From a virus (Duplodnaviria; Heunggongvirae; Uroviricota; Caudoviricetes), in the IMG/VR virus record IMGVR_UViG_2636415906_000002: DNA of 38,857 bases; one strand, written 5' to 3'. A program made the position numbers and the translations under genes. The number at the start of each line of letters is the position of its first letter. The stretch's first letter is position 1. Shown one piece after another: positions 37,788-38,857 of this stretch. The notes under the pieces were generated by a model, which worked only from the letters and a program-made list of their open reading frames with translations, did not search any database and was not told the origin of the DNA.

Positions 37788-37793
37788 TTGATT

Positions 37794-37842
37794 TATTTGG
37801 TGGAGCTGGCGGGAGTTGAACCCGCGTCCGAAATTCCTACAT
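37794..37842. repeat. attR: 49-bp direct repeat overlapping the 3-prime end of intact ssrA
   Basis: identical to 4114..4162. Confidence 0.85.
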
Positions 37843-38160
37843 CCTCGGTACTACATGCTTAGTCAGTCTTTACATTCGCTTGCCAGCTGCGGACGGACAC
37901 GCCACTAACAAACTAGCCTGATTAAGTTTTAACGCTTCAACCCCAGGCAGGGCTTCCACGCGATCTCTTTTGGGTTTGACCTCTCTTGATCCCCGTCCTA
38001 AGAGCGGAGGCTAGGGAGAGAGGGCTCTAAGCAGGTTATTAAGCTGCTAAAGCGTAGTTTTCGTCGTTTGCGACTATTTTTTGCGGCTTTTTACGAGGCC
38101 AACCGCCCCTCGGCATGCACCTTGGGTTTCGCAAATCCCGTCGAATCCAGAATCAGCCCC
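37798..38160 (-). ncRNA. ssrA: tmRNA (SsrA), 363 nt
   Basis: reverse complement reads GGGGCUGAUUCUGGAUUCGACGGG ... tag-reading-frame region ... GGGUUCAACUCCCGCCAGCUCCACCA, matching enterobacterial tmRNA from memory. Confidence 0.95.
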
Positions 38161-38374
38161 AATGTGTAAAGGTAAGTATACCAGATTTATGAGCGCCATG
38201 ACCAGCCTCAATGGCGTTATCGTTAAAGATTTAGCACCCATGTAGCCTGATTTTTATTCGATTAAGCAATGGGATGGCAACATTTGTGTCGGATGTGATA
38301 GCCAATAAGATGTTCATTCGCGCCGCCGGAGAGGGAGGCGCGGTGAGGAACTGGTCAATAATTGGAGTGCAGGT

Positions 38375-38857
38375 TTAACGGTGGGCGTTTTTCATGATAC
38401 GTGCTTTATCCACCTGCCATTCGCGTTCTTTGATATCTGAACGTTTATCGTGCTGTTTTTTACCTTTGGCGACGCCGATTTTCACTTTGCACCAGGCATT
38501 TTTCCAGTACAGGGAGAGCGCCACTACGGTATAGCCTTCTCGATTGACGCGACCGTACAATGAGTCCAGTTCGCGTTGGTTGAGAAGTAACTTGCGGGTA
38601 CGGGTAGGATCGCACACCACATGCGTGGAGGCCACGGCCATTGGCGTGATGTTAGCGCCAAACAGAAATGCCTCTCCGTCACGCAGAAGGACGTAGCTGT
38701 CGCTGATATTGGCTTTTCCTGCGCGCAGGGATTTAACCTCCCAGCCTTGCAGGGCAAGTCCCGCTTCGAACTCTTCTTCGATAAAGTATTCGTGACGGGC
38801 GCGCTTGTTAAGCGCGATGGTCGCTGAACCAGGTTTATGTGCTTTTTTCTTCGTCAT
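38375..38857 (-). CDS. smpB: SsrA-binding protein SmpB
   Basis: 160-aa [51 protein letters not shown]... essentially the E. coli SmpB sequence; start codon at window end. Confidence 0.95.

Larger units (their letters stand above)
4114..37842. mobile_element. complete P2/186-family prophage integrated in the 3-prime end of ssrA
   Basis: bounded by 49-bp direct repeats; full P2 gene order int-C...A...Q P O N M L X lysis R S V W J I H G ... FI FII E T U D ogr recognisable by protein motifs and synteny. Confidence 0.9.

Noticed and set aside
1-38857. CRISPR arrays, retron/reverse-transcriptase or other repeat-spacer structures
   Set aside because: Scanned for regularly spaced short direct repeats and RT motifs; only att repeats, invertase sites and in-gene protein-coding repeats were seen.

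Overview
38.9-kb window from an Escherichia-like enterobacterial chromosome at the smpB-ssrA locus. Right end: smpB (38375..38857, -) and the tmRNA gene ssrA (37798..38160, -). A complete ~33.7-kb P2/186-family prophage (Fels-2-like, SOS-inducible type) lies between 49-bp direct repeats that copy the ssrA 3-prime end (attL 4114..4162, attR 37794..37842). Its order is int-cI / apl-cII-early operon-dam-A / LexA-boxed Tum-like module / cos-like site / cargo gene / portal-terminase-capsid / pinholin-SAR endolysin-spanin lysis cassette / tail and baseplate / invertible tail-fibre segment with Gin-family invertase / sheath-tube-E(E')-T-U-D / ogr. Left of attL (1..4113) is the proximal part of an older IntA-type island inserted in tandem: integrase, AT-rich large serine recombinase, and a ParB-like gene running off the window. 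Best candidates for undescribed accessory or defence functions: (i) two AT-rich genes flanking attP, a membrane protein (4248..5294) and a small WYL-like/BRCT protein (37192..37674), which would be adjacent and co-directional in the circular phage; (ii) a DUF262/DUF1524 GmrSD-like nuclease between cos and portal (13322..15103); (iii) the serine recombinase + ParB-like pair in the older island. All calls rest on motifs, ORF structure and synteny read by eye; no database search, HMM or structure prediction could be run, so family assignments are hypotheses.
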